From Octopus sinensis (taxonomy: Eukaryota), in NCBI RefSeq assembly GCF_006345805.1, contig NC_042997.1, positions 77,190,001-77,254,000 of the forward strand: a stretch of 64,000 bases of DNA, in the 5' to 3' direction. The position numbers and the translations under genes were made by a program. The notes beneath the pieces are model-generated. The model was given only the letters and a program-made list of their open reading frames with translations. It was not told where the DNA came from and searched no databases. Shown here one piece after another: positions 52,354 to 64,000 of this stretch; the stretch's first letter is position 1, and every line of letters starts with the position of its first letter.

Positions 52354-52520
52354 CTTTCTTTATTGGCCACACAGGGCTGGACACAGAGGGGACAATTACA
52401 AATGTAGAGCTTTTCTTTTCGGAGATGGAAAAGGAAAAAGAAGAAAAAAAAGAAAAAAAGGAAACAAATGTAAAATTTCGATCAAAAGGGATCAGAAGAA
52501 AAAATAGCGATCAAAAGAAG
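52354..52520 (-). mobile_element. Inverted Tx1/L1-like 3'UTR, with its (TATC)n tail at about 52250-52353
   Basis: ctttattggccacacagggctg is the reverse complement of the tail of copies A and B. Confidence 0.85.
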
Positions 52521-52526
52521 GAAAAA

Positions 52527-54514
52527 ATCACTCTGCTCAATGCAGATTTGAAGATTTTGGCAAGGTGCTTGCCGAGAGGTTGGCGCTTGTCATCGAGAAA
52601 CTGGTTGACAAGGTGCAAACATGTGCCATGCCAGGCAGGAGTATCCATGGCAACCTCCATCTGATGTACTACATCATTGATGGGGTAAAGGAACCTGGCA
52701 TGGGTGGGGCGCTAATCGATTTGGATCAATCAAAAGTTTTCAATAGGGTCGTCCATCATTACTTGGAGGCTATCCTTAGAGCAGCTGGTTTTGGTCCCGT
52801 TTTCCATGGTTGGATCACTGCCTTATACGGCAGCATTCGCTCAGTAGTTTGTGTAAATGGTCATCTATCCAGACCATCTAACATCACGCGGTCAGTTCAT
52901 CAAGGATGCCCCCTCTTGTCGCTTCTGTATGTATTGCTTCTAGAGCCACTACTGCAGAAGCTGGCAATGCTGAGGGGCATCCTGCAAGAACTGGGATGCG
53001 AGAGGGGCCTGCCTGCATATACAGACATCACTTTCATAGTGTCAAGCCACAAGCATATCAACCTGGTTGGTGAGACACTAAAAGAATACAAAGCAATAAC
53101 AGGAGTGAAAATTAACTCGGAAAAGTCAGTGGGCTTGCAGCTCAGCACCTGCTGTCCAACAGTGTCTCCATCGTGGGACACTGGACTGATTGACCTGTTA
53201 AATTGCTCAGGATCTGGTTCAGACTGGACTTCCAAATGGAGAAGAACAGAGATGAGATAACAAGTAGGGTGGCCACTCCCACCCAGCAATGGGCCAAGAG
53301 GAAGCTATCCCTAAAAGGTTGGGCAGAGTTGGCAAACGCATCCATCATCTATTATTGCCTGACTATCATGCCTTGTCCTGACCCTACCATCATCAAACTG
53401 GAATGTGTACTCTTCCACTTTTTGTGGAAGGGAAGCATTCTGATGGTTAGGTGATCCATTTGCTATCAACACAATCCATTTGCTGTCAAAAGGAGGGCTG
53501 GGCATGCTGTGGTTGATGCACTGAGACTGCGACATCTCTGGCGCTTCATAGACGATAGTGAATAGGTATGGTTGCCATTTGTGAGACATGCTTTCCCACA
53601 ACTCATTTCTTTGGCCGAACTGCAGTCATGGATCAAACAGACCGAGGCTAGGCAAATGGCACCGTGAGTGCCACCTTGCACTCAAGCAACTCTGCCGTCC
53701 GGGACCAAATTTCTGTGACTTCAATTGCATGAAGGCTTTCTGTAGAGGATTAGTGGAGGGGAGGTGTGACAACGTTCTTGAGGAGAATCTGGGCATCGAC
53801 AGGGAACACCTGACCTGCCTCTTCAGCACCACTTTCAGGCCAGGACCCCAGGACCTATGGATAATCACCAGAGATCCCTGGCCTGGAAGTACTATCAGAA
53901 AGCATTGCCCATTCAGGATTAGCTCTACAGGTACGGTTTGAGATACACTGGACTGACTTGCTCCAGATGCAATCAGAACAATGAAACCATTCTGAATGTA
54001 CTCGTGCAGTGTCCAACTATTTCATACCTGTGGGCTTATGTCGAACGGCTGCTGTCATGTGTAGGATGAATTTGCTTATCGGCTGACTCTATTGTGAATA
54101 CTGCCCTGCCACTTTCCTTTAACTGGGAAGACACGGCAGTTTGCATTGTACTGGTGGCTGTGGTGAAAGAATGGGAGTTGGACTCGTGCAAAAGGTTTAG
54201 AGACAAACACTTTCCTCTCTGACCAATTGCTCATCAATCAACTTTTTCAAGTACCACTTGAAAAGGAAGGTGAGAATAGGGAGGGAAGTTTTGTCTCATG
54301 AAAGTTTCAGTAAAAGGTGGGTGAATGTAGCAAAGATGGTACACACGATACACTTTTACCCCATCTTATTTTGCTGTTTACATGTCCCAGCCACTTTCGA
54401 TCCATTTTGATTGGGTTTTTTTTTCCTTTCTTTCGAAAAGTAAAGTTCTACATTGTATTGTTTCCTTGTGTTCAGCCCTGCATGGCTAATAAAGCTTTCT
54501 TTATTATCTATCTA
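52527..54514 (+). mobile_element. Tx1/L1-like LINE copy D (degenerate RT to 3' end)
   Basis: ITLLNADLKILA, DLDQSKVFNRV, RSVHQGCPL, decayed YADD, KIN.EKS, C..C...ETI...C; tail ctaataaag...tatctatc. Confidence 0.9.
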
Positions 54515-55317
54515 TGATCTACCAACAAACAAACCAACCAACCAACCAACCCACCCACCCAAACACACACATACCCATCCATCCATCCTGCTAGACCGCT
54601 TATACTTTCTAAACATTTGAAACTTCCGAGCCCTTTGAGCTCTGAAAATTTGGGGAAAAACTTTCTGTTTTCTCAAACGAGGATTTCCAAAGGCCTCCTA
54701 GTTGTTCACTGTTCATATAAATATATATGTATACTAATACTTCAGTTTCTCGTCATCTTTTTATTTTAATTTCATTTTGTAATTTTAAAATTTTTTCGTT
54801 TTCTTTAAGATAGTTTTTTTAATATTTTTTTCTATTTTCATTTTCAATTTTTCATTTTGTCAGTTCTCCATGGTTTTCTCTTCATTACTCTATCCTACCA
54901 TCTTTCACCCTTAACCTTTGGTTTCCCCACTGATAAACTCCTAAACCCCTTCCCCAATTATCACCTCTTCCTGCTACCTGTTCATTCTTTCCTCCTAGCT
55001 CAGCTTTACTTCTCTTAGCATAGCTTCCCTCTCACCTTCCTACTGTGGCATCACCCTGTCACATCTATGACATCACCCTGTCACATTTCTCTGTACTAGA
55101 CCATGACCATGTTGCCTGAGATACACTAATATCTTATGTATGTGTGTGTGTATATATAAGTACCGTCGTAGTTTTGTAGTTAAGAAGTTTGCATCCTAAC
55201 CATGTGGTTTTGGGTTCAGTCCCATCTTGAGTTTACATGTACAAGATGTAAATGTTTTACTGCAACACCAGTATACTTCTTTTTTAATTTCATCTTATAT
55301 TTTTTTGTCATGTTGAG

Positions 55318-56523
55318 TTGATTATTGGAGTTCACCAAGGACTGGTTCTCAGTCCTCTCTTGTTTATCATAGTCCTCCAGGCTATAACAGAGGAATGTAA
55401 GACAGGGTGTCTTTGGGAACTACTTTATGCTGATGACCTTATTCTTATAGCTGAATCTCAACCTGAACTAGAGAGTAAATTTCAGGTGTGGAAGCAGGGC
55501 CTTAGAGTTATCTAGCTAAGACCGAAGTCCTAATATGTAGGAAAATGGACCAACTCAAATCCGTTGCCCTGTTCAATATGTAGGAAAGGGGTTGGTAGAA
55601 ACTCCATACAATGTACTCAGTGCAAGCTATGGACACATAGATGCAGCAGTATCATGAGAAAATTAACAGAGAAAGTAGTCTTTGTGTGTAGCAGATGTGT
55701 AAATACAATAAACACTAAGAATGTACAGGAAATAAACTTCCTCAAATGTCTGGAATGATCCTTAGAAGCAGTAGATAGCTTCAGTTACCTGAACCAAGTT
55801 AAAAGTGGAAGAGGAAGTTCTTAAGCATAAGTTAGCATGCTCTGGTGGATGTGCAGTGTCAGTGTGCATGTAGGACAGTGTAAGTGAATTAAGAGAAAAA
55901 TTGGATGTAATAGGCATCAGTTGTGGTGTGCAAGAGAGAAGACTGCACTGGTATGGTTGTGTGATGTATATGCATGTAGCCAGCTGCATAAAGGAGTGCT
56001 AATTGTTGAAGGAACTTGTGGAAGGAGAAAACCCAGGAAGATGTGGAACAAAGTGATGAGGAATGATCTTCAGATGTTGGGCCTCAGATGAGATGACAAG
56101 GGATCAAGATACCTGGTAGTTTGCTCTGCTTAAGAAGACACATCAAGCTAAGTAAAATTGTGGCCATCCATACATGCAGGTATTCTGCTACATTCCTCTC
56201 TCAGCCAAGTGGTCCTTCCCTTGAGGACTCATGGGGGCTGGTGTCATAAAAAGCACTCATGCTGGTGCCATATAAAAGCATCCATGTCAGTGTCACATAA
56301 AATCATCCCTGCCAGTACCATGTAAAAGCCCCCCCCCCCCATGTCATTACATAAAAGTGTCTGTGCCAGTGTCATTTAGAAAGTTCGCTGTGCACTTTTA
56401 AGTGTTTGGTGTTAGGAAGGGAATCCAGTCAAAATAGTCAACTGGAATCTGGGCAGCTCCTCATCTGGCCGTTTCTGTCAAATTGTCCAACCCATGCCAG
56501 TATGGTGGTGATGATGATGATGA
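55318..56523 (+). mobile_element. 5'-truncated degenerate RTE LINE
   Basis: GVHQG.VLSPLLF...LYADD, PHD-like CSIC...CTQC..WTH..C...CSRC, 3'UTR short repeats, tail tgtccaacccatgcc...(gat)n. Confidence 0.9.
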
Positions 56524-57531
56524 CTGAAGTGTTTTGGGGGTTTATTTTATCTTTAGTACTATTGATATTTGTATTTTAATAGGATGCCAACAAGTTAATC
56601 ATTGATACATTGCACTTACATTGACAATAGTGATGTGTGCCTCTATACTTGACTTTTTCAAAGTTTGTATCTCATTAGCATGACATATCTCTCTAGCTGC
56701 AGCTTCTGGAAGTTTGTCTCATATTTTGGTAACTGAGTGCAAAAGGCTTTTTCTAAAACAGGTATGACTGGTGTGAAATGTGTCAAGAAAATATGTACAG
56801 CCATTGATGTACTATACAACAGCATATTTCACATTTTTGTGACAGCACCTATCTCTTATGATGTAAGCTACCAGTGGCAAGCTTCTTCACAGCATCAGTT
56901 CCTGCAACTGCAGTGATCCTGAGATTATTTCTTTTGGATTGCAGTGAGTTGGCTGAGTGTGTATTGTATGATGTTATCTTGTATAGATATTTTATAATTA
57001 GTATCTTTAAGTGCTATGTTCTGGAATTTTTTTCTTTTAGAGCTAGTCAGCCATAACAATAATTCATCTATTTTTAATGTTTATATTCTTGTAATAAATT
57101 AATGGATGGCTCTATAGTGGGTTAATAAAAGCTGTGAATTTAAGTAATTTACTACATGAGACTTCAAATGATCTTTTACTATTTTAATTTAATTTCATCT
57201 TTTTGTGTTATGATTTACTTAAGAAAAATGTGCCTTGCCCATGGTCTTCATAGGTCCTGCTTAACTAGTGAGACTAGCACAGTTGACATTCATCTTAAGC
57301 AAAGTTAATGAGGAGGGAAATCATGGGCTACAAGGGAATGTTTTTAGAAAAAATGCTCAGAGAAAAAAGAATTAGGAAAATTAATTAGTGGAGAGCATAG
57401 AAGAAGAGGGGTGTAGTGACAAATGTGTCAGGTAACTTGGGTTAAGAGTGAGTGCAGCCAGTTAGCTTAGCAGTGGAAAGGCCATTGCACTATTGCAGGA
57501 AAGATAGAGAGAGGACACAAGAAACATCATA

Positions 57532-58730
57532 CAAACAGTGTTCATTAAAGATTTCCCCTGACCCACTTCTGGTTATTGCAGGAAGTGGAACTTGAAACAG
57601 GTATAATCATACATGTCTGTACATGTCACATTGTAAATTGCAGCTTTCCACTACGTTTCATTTGTGGACTAAGGTGTTATAATAGAGGTAGTTGAATGCA
57701 AGTCAGTGATCAGGTTCTTATTACTTGAAAGGTCGTACACCAAAAGAGACTTTCAATGAGATGAAAGAAGTTTATAGTGATGATGCACCATCATATGATG
57801 TAGTCAAGCAGTGCCATTGCTAATTCAAATGTGGTCAGACATTGGTGTAAACTGCTTCTATCCTGGATGACCACATCCTGCCATTGATGACATGATCCAT
57901 AAAATGGAAGCTGTCATTTTGGAGGATCACCGCATAACTATTCAGCAACTAGCCCTAAGAAGTGAAGATAAGTGTAAGTTCCATGGAAAAAAATCATTCA
58001 CAACCATTTGCACATATGGAAGTTGTCTGCATAATGGATTCCTCGGATGCTCACACCTTTACAGAAGCAAGAACAAGTCAATTGCTCCCAGGCTCTTTTG
58101 GCAATGTGCCAAGAAAATAAGGAGGACTTTTTCAGTAGACTTATCACACAGAATGAAACATGGGTCCATCACTATGATCCTGAGACTAAAGTCCAGTCAA
58201 AGCAATGGAAACATGATAACTCACCACCTCCAAAAAAGGCTTGTATCCAGCCTTCAGCAAGCAAGGTAATGCTCCCAGTCTTTTGGAGCATATTATGCTT
58301 CTCTGCTGCAGAAATTGTGGCACACCATCAAAGCAGAGAGGCATAGCATGCTGACCAAAGGAGTCCACCTCCTCCGATACCATGCCCCAGTTCACAATGT
58401 GCATGTTGGCCTGAGGAAAGCACACTCCTGTGGATATGAAATCCTTACTCTCCTGACCTCACACCATCTGACTTCCACCTCTTTCCAACTATGAAGTCTT
58501 TTTTGAAGAGGAAGCTCTTTTCAGATGATGAACTTATTTCCAAGGTAAAGTCTTGGCTCCAGATGCAGCCTACTGACTTCTACAGATGAGATCTTCACAG
58601 CTACATAAAGTGATGGGTGAAGTGTGTCACCATTGGGGTGGCTATATAGAGGACTAATAATTATGCCAAGTTTCATTTATCACAGTCCTTGAGAAGTGGG
58701 TAAGGGGAAATCTTTAATGAACACCCCTTG
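57532..58730 (+). mobile_element. Degenerate mariner related to 38231-39332, in opposite orientation
   Basis: TA flanks; TIR gtgttcattaaagatttcccctgacccactt; LTPLQKQEQV...ITQNETWVHHYDPETK. Confidence 0.9.
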
Positions 58731-59163
58731 TATTTGTGAAATAGTGGATAACTGCATTGATAAATGACTCAAAAATCAGCCCATGGGGGTGGAATGATGT
58801 TTCTAAGTCAAAAATTATACCATCCCAATTGTAGGAGTAGTATTCCATAATGAATCTCATTTGAATTTTGTAGAAGAGGAAGAAAAGTTATGTTCTCTGC
58901 AGAGTGAGCAGTATAGGAGGTGATAAGTAGGCCTTTGATGATAAGAGGCATAACTGAATCTTAGAGCACACCAATGTTGCTAGTCAGTGGACCAGAGTCA
59001 CACACTTTGACGGTGTTAGTTTATTGGAAGCTTCAAAAATGAGATAAGTGGAACCCAAAAGCAAGCAGTTTAGCTAAGAGATCTACACTTCTAAAGGAAA
59101 GATTTTTATTAAAAGAATTTTTCATTTCAATCTTTCTTTCTTTTTCTTTTTTTGTTTTTTCAG

Positions 59164-59286
59164 GGTCTAGAGGAAGGAGTTGGGAGCTTCTTTCAACTAG
59201 CCAAAGACCGATTTCCTTTAAGTTTTTCACTTCTGATGCAGCTAAGTATCAAATTAGCAGCTGCAGGAACAGAGAGTGCTATGAAG
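59164..59286 (+). CDS. NUP188: NUP188 coding exon (GLEEGVGSFFQLAKDRFPLSFSLLMQLSIKLAAAGTESAMK), after a ~23-kb intron
   Basis: long polypyrimidine tract, cag|GGT...AAG|gtaagt; matches human SGLGIILDSVCGMFPHLLSPLLQLLRALVSGKSTAKK. Confidence 0.9.
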
Positions 59287-59841
59287 GTAAGTGTTTACTC
59301 ATTATATGTTTTACTGTTACAGTACTAGGTTGACAAAGTTGATAGAGCAGTGAATAAAATGCCTTGCAATATTTAGTTATGCCTCTTTATTTCTGAGTTC
59401 AAATCTCTCTGAAGTCAACTTTACTTTTCATTCCTCCACCAAAATGCAACCTAAAATACTTAGATTAGGTTTGTTTTGTGTATGGTGATCTTGCATGTTT
59501 TCTAGTTGAAAATGTTTACATTCATTTTTCTATTTCTTTCAAGATTTCTTTTACTAAAGAATTGAATCATCAATTATCAGATTTGTTTCCCTTGTTGTGG
59601 TTATTATTTTCATTGAGTATTTCAATTTTGTAGATGTTGTTAGGCATATCTTAGACTTTATGTTCAATAAGTACAGGGAATCATTTCTAAGCTGCTTTCT
59701 CAAGTGACTTCTAACATATATACATACTTAGGCATGGCTGTGTCTTTAAAATGTGTACTTCCTGACTATGTGGTTTGAGTTGTGCCTCCTTTCATGGGCA
59801 AGTATCTTCTTTTATAACTCTTGGTTAACCAAAACCTTGTG

Positions 59842-60575
59842 CAGTGGCCCAGGAACAAAATTTGCTCGTTGGGTGCAAACTCGGATCCAAAACTTTTTAC
59901 AAATTTTTTTTTCAATCTTAATATCAGACAAACACAGGTATAATAATTTTTTTTTTTATTATATTTGGGAAAGTAATGCTTCAAATCATTCAAAAAATTT
60001 TTATATACTTGTTTTGGCGATGAAGTTTTCTAATAGGAGGACCAAAGTGTTTTCATTGCACAAGTTTTTATGTACATACATAATAGCACAGTGTGTCAGA
60101 CAATGTTGCATCATTGTGGTACAGACTCGGGTCTTCAAACAGCAAGTGTGCTGAACATTCTCTTGCTTGATGGAACAGACACATGTTTGCAACTTGACAT
60201 TTTCATCACAAAGGCTGGTCCATAGTGCTTTCAGAAGAATGGTGATTTGGTGAACAAAGTACAATGCATCAGTGACCTTGACAACCATAGATCTAACTTC
60301 TTGAAGGATAAAGTCCAGAGAGTGGTTTCTGCAGTATACAAAATATGTACCAGGAAACATGTCTTTTAATCTATTTTGTATGTCTGAAATGTTTCTGTTC
60401 ATAGTACATGTGCCATTGAAAGCAAAAGCAGCATAATTTTGAGCCCAGCTCAATGTTTAGGCAACAAAACATCCAGAATAACCTTAGTTAGTGTCTCAGG
60501 AGAAAATCTTCATGGACACCCCGGTTTTCAGAAACAGCAACAAAAGCTGATTTTTGTTCCATGCCAGAGCAATCA
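59842..60575 (-). mobile_element. hAT transposase relic
   Basis: ORF 60001-60453 resembles the hAT signature DGA..M...Q..I...P.A.YVHC.AH.LNL (here FNG...IQNRL...FPGTYFVYCRNHSLDFIL); CAG-starting end at 59842. Confidence 0.65.
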
Positions 60576-60583
60576 CATAATAC

Positions 60584-62545
60584 GGTTAATATAGGGCGTT
60601 ACGATTATCAGAAAATCAAAAAAAAAAATGTGTGTAATAGGTGTAAAACAACTTCCTATGAACGAATATGAAAAAAAAAATTCGCGCACGCGAAAGGGGG
60701 GTGGGGGAGAGGCCTCGGAAAATTCACATCGGGAAGTTCCGAAAGCGTCTGAGGGGCTGACCCGGGCACCAAAACAAAAAAAAAATAGTGTAATATGTGT
60801 AAAACAACTTGCTCTAAACGAATATGACAAAAAAAATTCGCACTCGCGAAAGACGGGTGGGGGAGAGGCTTCGGAAAATTTATATCGGGAATTTCCGAAA
60901 GCGTCTGAACCGGGCACAAAAACAAAAATAAAAACAGCGTAATAGGTGTAAAACAACTTGCTCTAAACGACTATGATGAAAAAAATGCGCGCTCGCGAAA
61001 GGGGGGTGGGGGAGAGGCTTCGGAAATTTCACATCTTCAGTCCACGGCCTTTAAACTAAGAAAAAATAGTGTAATTGGTGTAAAACTACTTGTTCTAAAT
61101 GAGTATCAAGAACACACACTCACACATGAATCATAAACTCCGTATTTTTGTACATATTTCGCAAAAAAAAAAAATAACAAAGAGAAGAAATTCTGGAAAA
61201 AGTGAAGAAATGTTGGATCTCCGCCATGTGAATCAAAATACGTGTCAGAAACATCTTGAAATACTACAGAAATTATATTACGAAAATGATAATGTATACA
61301 TACCTCTTTGAGTGGTCCATCGACAATGATGATAAAGAAATGAGTTGGATTTGAACTCAGAATATTGACTAACACAACTACATACTACAAGACTCAAAAT
61401 ATTCAGCCAAGTCACCACCCTTTAACTAGCAATAATAATAACATCAATAACATAACAGCCAAAAGATTTATTTGTTCTGAAAATAACAATCATAGTAAAT
61501 AAATATGTTCTTTAATATTCACATTCATGTGCACAGTTAAACACACTTACATACAAACAGTCACGCATGCATAATACAGAACGGAACACATAAATGAAGG
61601 ATGCATTACTTAGTATATATTACATCTAGAGAATTTTGATTAATAAGTCAAATATGCAAATTATAAAGATAATTAATTGCTTTACTAAACAGTGTTGTAA
61701 AGGTGAAAAAATAAATTTGGGAAAAAAATACACGCCAAAACTAATTAATAAAGGATAATTAGGGAAGGATTAACACAAAATAATTATTTTTTCTGTCTCT
61801 TTTTTTTCTGATAAATGCATCTTAATAAGTGAGAAGAATTGCATATATCTGAACTATTTCAAAGAAAAGCATAAATTTAATGTTTAAAATAGCTTTAACC
61901 AAGTTATGAGATCCAACATTTCTTCACTTTTTCCAGAATTTCTTCTCTTTATTATTTTTTTTTTTTTGCGAAATATGTACAAAAATACGGAGTTTATGAT
62001 TCATGTGTGAGTGTGTGTTCTTGATACTCGTTTAGAACAAGTAGTTTTACACCAATTACACTATTTTTTCTTAGTTTAAAGGCCGTGGACTGAAGATGTG
62101 AAATTTCCGAAGCCTCTCCCCCACCCCCCTTTCGCGAGCGCGCATTTTTTTCATCATAGTCGTTTAGAGCAAGTTGTTTTACACCTATTACGCTGTTTTT
62201 ATTTTTGTTTTTGTGCCCGGTTCAGACGCTTTCGGAAATTCCTGATATAAATTTTCCGAAGCCTCTCCCCCACCCCTCTTTCGCGAGTGCGAATTTTTTT
62301 TGTCATATTCGTTTAGAGCAAGTTGTTTTACACATATTACACTTTTTTTTTTTTGTTTTGGTGCCCGGGTCAGCCCCCTCAGACGCTTTCGGAACTTCCC
62401 GATGTGAATTTTCCGAGGCCTCTCCCCCACCCCCCTTTCGCGTGCGCGAATTTTTTTTTCATATTCGTTCATAGGAAGTTGTTTTACACCTATTACACAC
62501 ATTTTTTTTTTGATTTTCTGATAATCGTAATGCCCTATATTAACC
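60584..62545. mobile_element. Foldback-type non-autonomous DNA transposon with ~638-bp modular TIRs and 8-bp TSD
   Basis: Arms 60584-61221 and 61908-62545 are near-perfect reverse complements; termini GGTTAA...TTAACC; TSD CATAATAC at 60576-60583 and 62546-62553. Confidence 0.93.
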
Positions 62546-62569
62546 CATAATACCAACAAACATGGAATC

Positions 62570-63520
62570 TTCAACCTTTTTTCTGATCTCATGTAGTGTG
62601 ATATGAGCATATGCCTCTAGGATTTCATTTTGTATGGTATCAGATTGAAAATTAACTTAACAGATCCTGATTAACTCTTCATACAGAAACTTCATTCTTT
62701 TGTTAACATTGAGGTTGCCAATATGCTGAGACTAGTTTGTTTAGAGGATTTCAGTTTCAATTTCTTTCCATTTGGCCTTCCTGAAATTCAAGTTCATGAG
62801 GAGCGAGTCATGTTTGATGTGTGTTTCTCTCTTTAAACTATATACAGATAATTGCATAATGTTGCAATCAGAAATAGCTTTGGAAATGAACTGAACATTG
62901 TGAATGAAATCAGTATTGGTGATAAAGACTAGGTCAAGTATGATATTTCCTCTCATTATGGGTAATAATTTATTGCATGAGGAAGTCTTTAATTGTGTCA
63001 AGAAGAGCATTCGTATCTCCCCTGTTCAGTTTAATTCCTGGTTGGATATACTCTCAGATCAGCTGAGACTAAGAAAATTAAAGTCCCCTACTAAAAGTAC
63101 ATTGGCCTGTGAGCCAGCCTCATTTGTGGTTTGACTTATGAGCAACAAAGCATCTTTTAAGTGATCTCCATTGTTAACTGCACCAAGAAGATAGTGGGTA
63201 ATGCCTATGATCAAATTGAGGTCAATCACATGTCATACACTGTGTTGGAGTGGGAGAGGAGGACATTTGTTGCCAGGTCTTCTTGGATGAAGATTGCTAT
63301 TTCTCCTTGTTTCTGTATTCTGTGGTCAATTTTGAGTAGTACTTAACCCGAAATATATTCTTCCACATCCAATATGTCTAGGGTCAGGTGCATTTCACTT
63401 AGTGCTACACATAGTGTTCTCTCGTTGTACAAGGTCTCTCATTGTGCAAGGTCTCTAATATATGATACTTTTGTTCAATTTGTGAAATATGAAAGGCCTT
63501 ATACATTTGGCATTATTATT
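62570..63520 (-). mobile_element. CR1/L2-group LINE fragment (APE endonuclease region)
   Basis: LLVGDFNF...W, P..RGNIILDLVF...ISD...LNFRKAKW..I motifs with stops. Confidence 0.75.
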
Positions 63521-64000
63521 GAGTTGAGATGAGGGTTAATGCTAGCATGGAAAAACAGATATAAATTCTAAATGTATGTGCGTCATCAAAGTAGGACAAG
63601 TTATGATAATGATAGCTGCTATGTAAGTAAGTAAAATTTCTATTATCAATAGAAACAGTATTGGTTCAGAATAACATTCTGTATATCTTAATGTGGATAT
63701 ACTGTAGAAAGCCACTAAAATCCAGTTTTCATCTTGATAAAGCTTCTTGTATTGACATATAGTGTGAAAAAATGCAGAAATGTACCAACAGCAAACAGCT
63801 GCAGTGGTAGAATTGCTAAATCAGGATTTCTGTGTCTGAATGTCATCAGTAGTAAGTATCCACTTGTTAGTCACTGTTTTTCTATATTAGTAAAAAGAAA
63901 ATTTGTAGAAGGATGCTTGCTACTGATGATGTACAGACAGAGAAGTCATGCTTTAACAATTCCACTATCACTGCTTGATGCTTTTTGTCCTACCATGGTT

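Noticed and set aside
60573-62610. Mirror-image ORFs of 75-140 aa in the foldback arms
   Set aside because: They arise from the repeats, have no domain signature and differ by homopolymer frameshifts between arms.
59287-64000. Next NUP188 exon
   Set aside because: No AG/GT-bounded segment translating to the expected VY.FL...Y.E region was found; it probably lies beyond the window.

Overview
AT-rich eukaryotic (metazoan) genomic DNA. The repeat families suggest an octopus-like coleoid cephalopod (inference). The window lies inside one long + strand gene that I recognise as nucleoporin NUP188. Eleven small GT-AG exons (6801 to 59286) splice in frame into ...DVYYEF...TPTWETHGPLM...WAIQNLKEQCELLE...FKNQGFGQ...HGPLLLGW...FPLSFSLL..., colinear with the N-terminal part of vertebrate Nup188. 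The start and remaining exons appear to lie outside the window. The introns are packed with transposons: a near-intact antisense RTE LINE (1022 aa, PHD finger inside the RT region, 11 x ~61 bp 3'UTR array), two inverted copies of a piggyBac deletion derivative, five Tc1/mariner relics, an internally deleted Helitron with both ends, a cluster of Tx1/L1-like copies in (TATC)n, R4/Dong-like ends in (AAT)n, a 2-kb foldback element, MITEs, hAT and CR1 fragments and tRNA-derived SINEs. Most short ORFs in the supplied track are spurious. Family assignments come from motif recognition only, with no database search.
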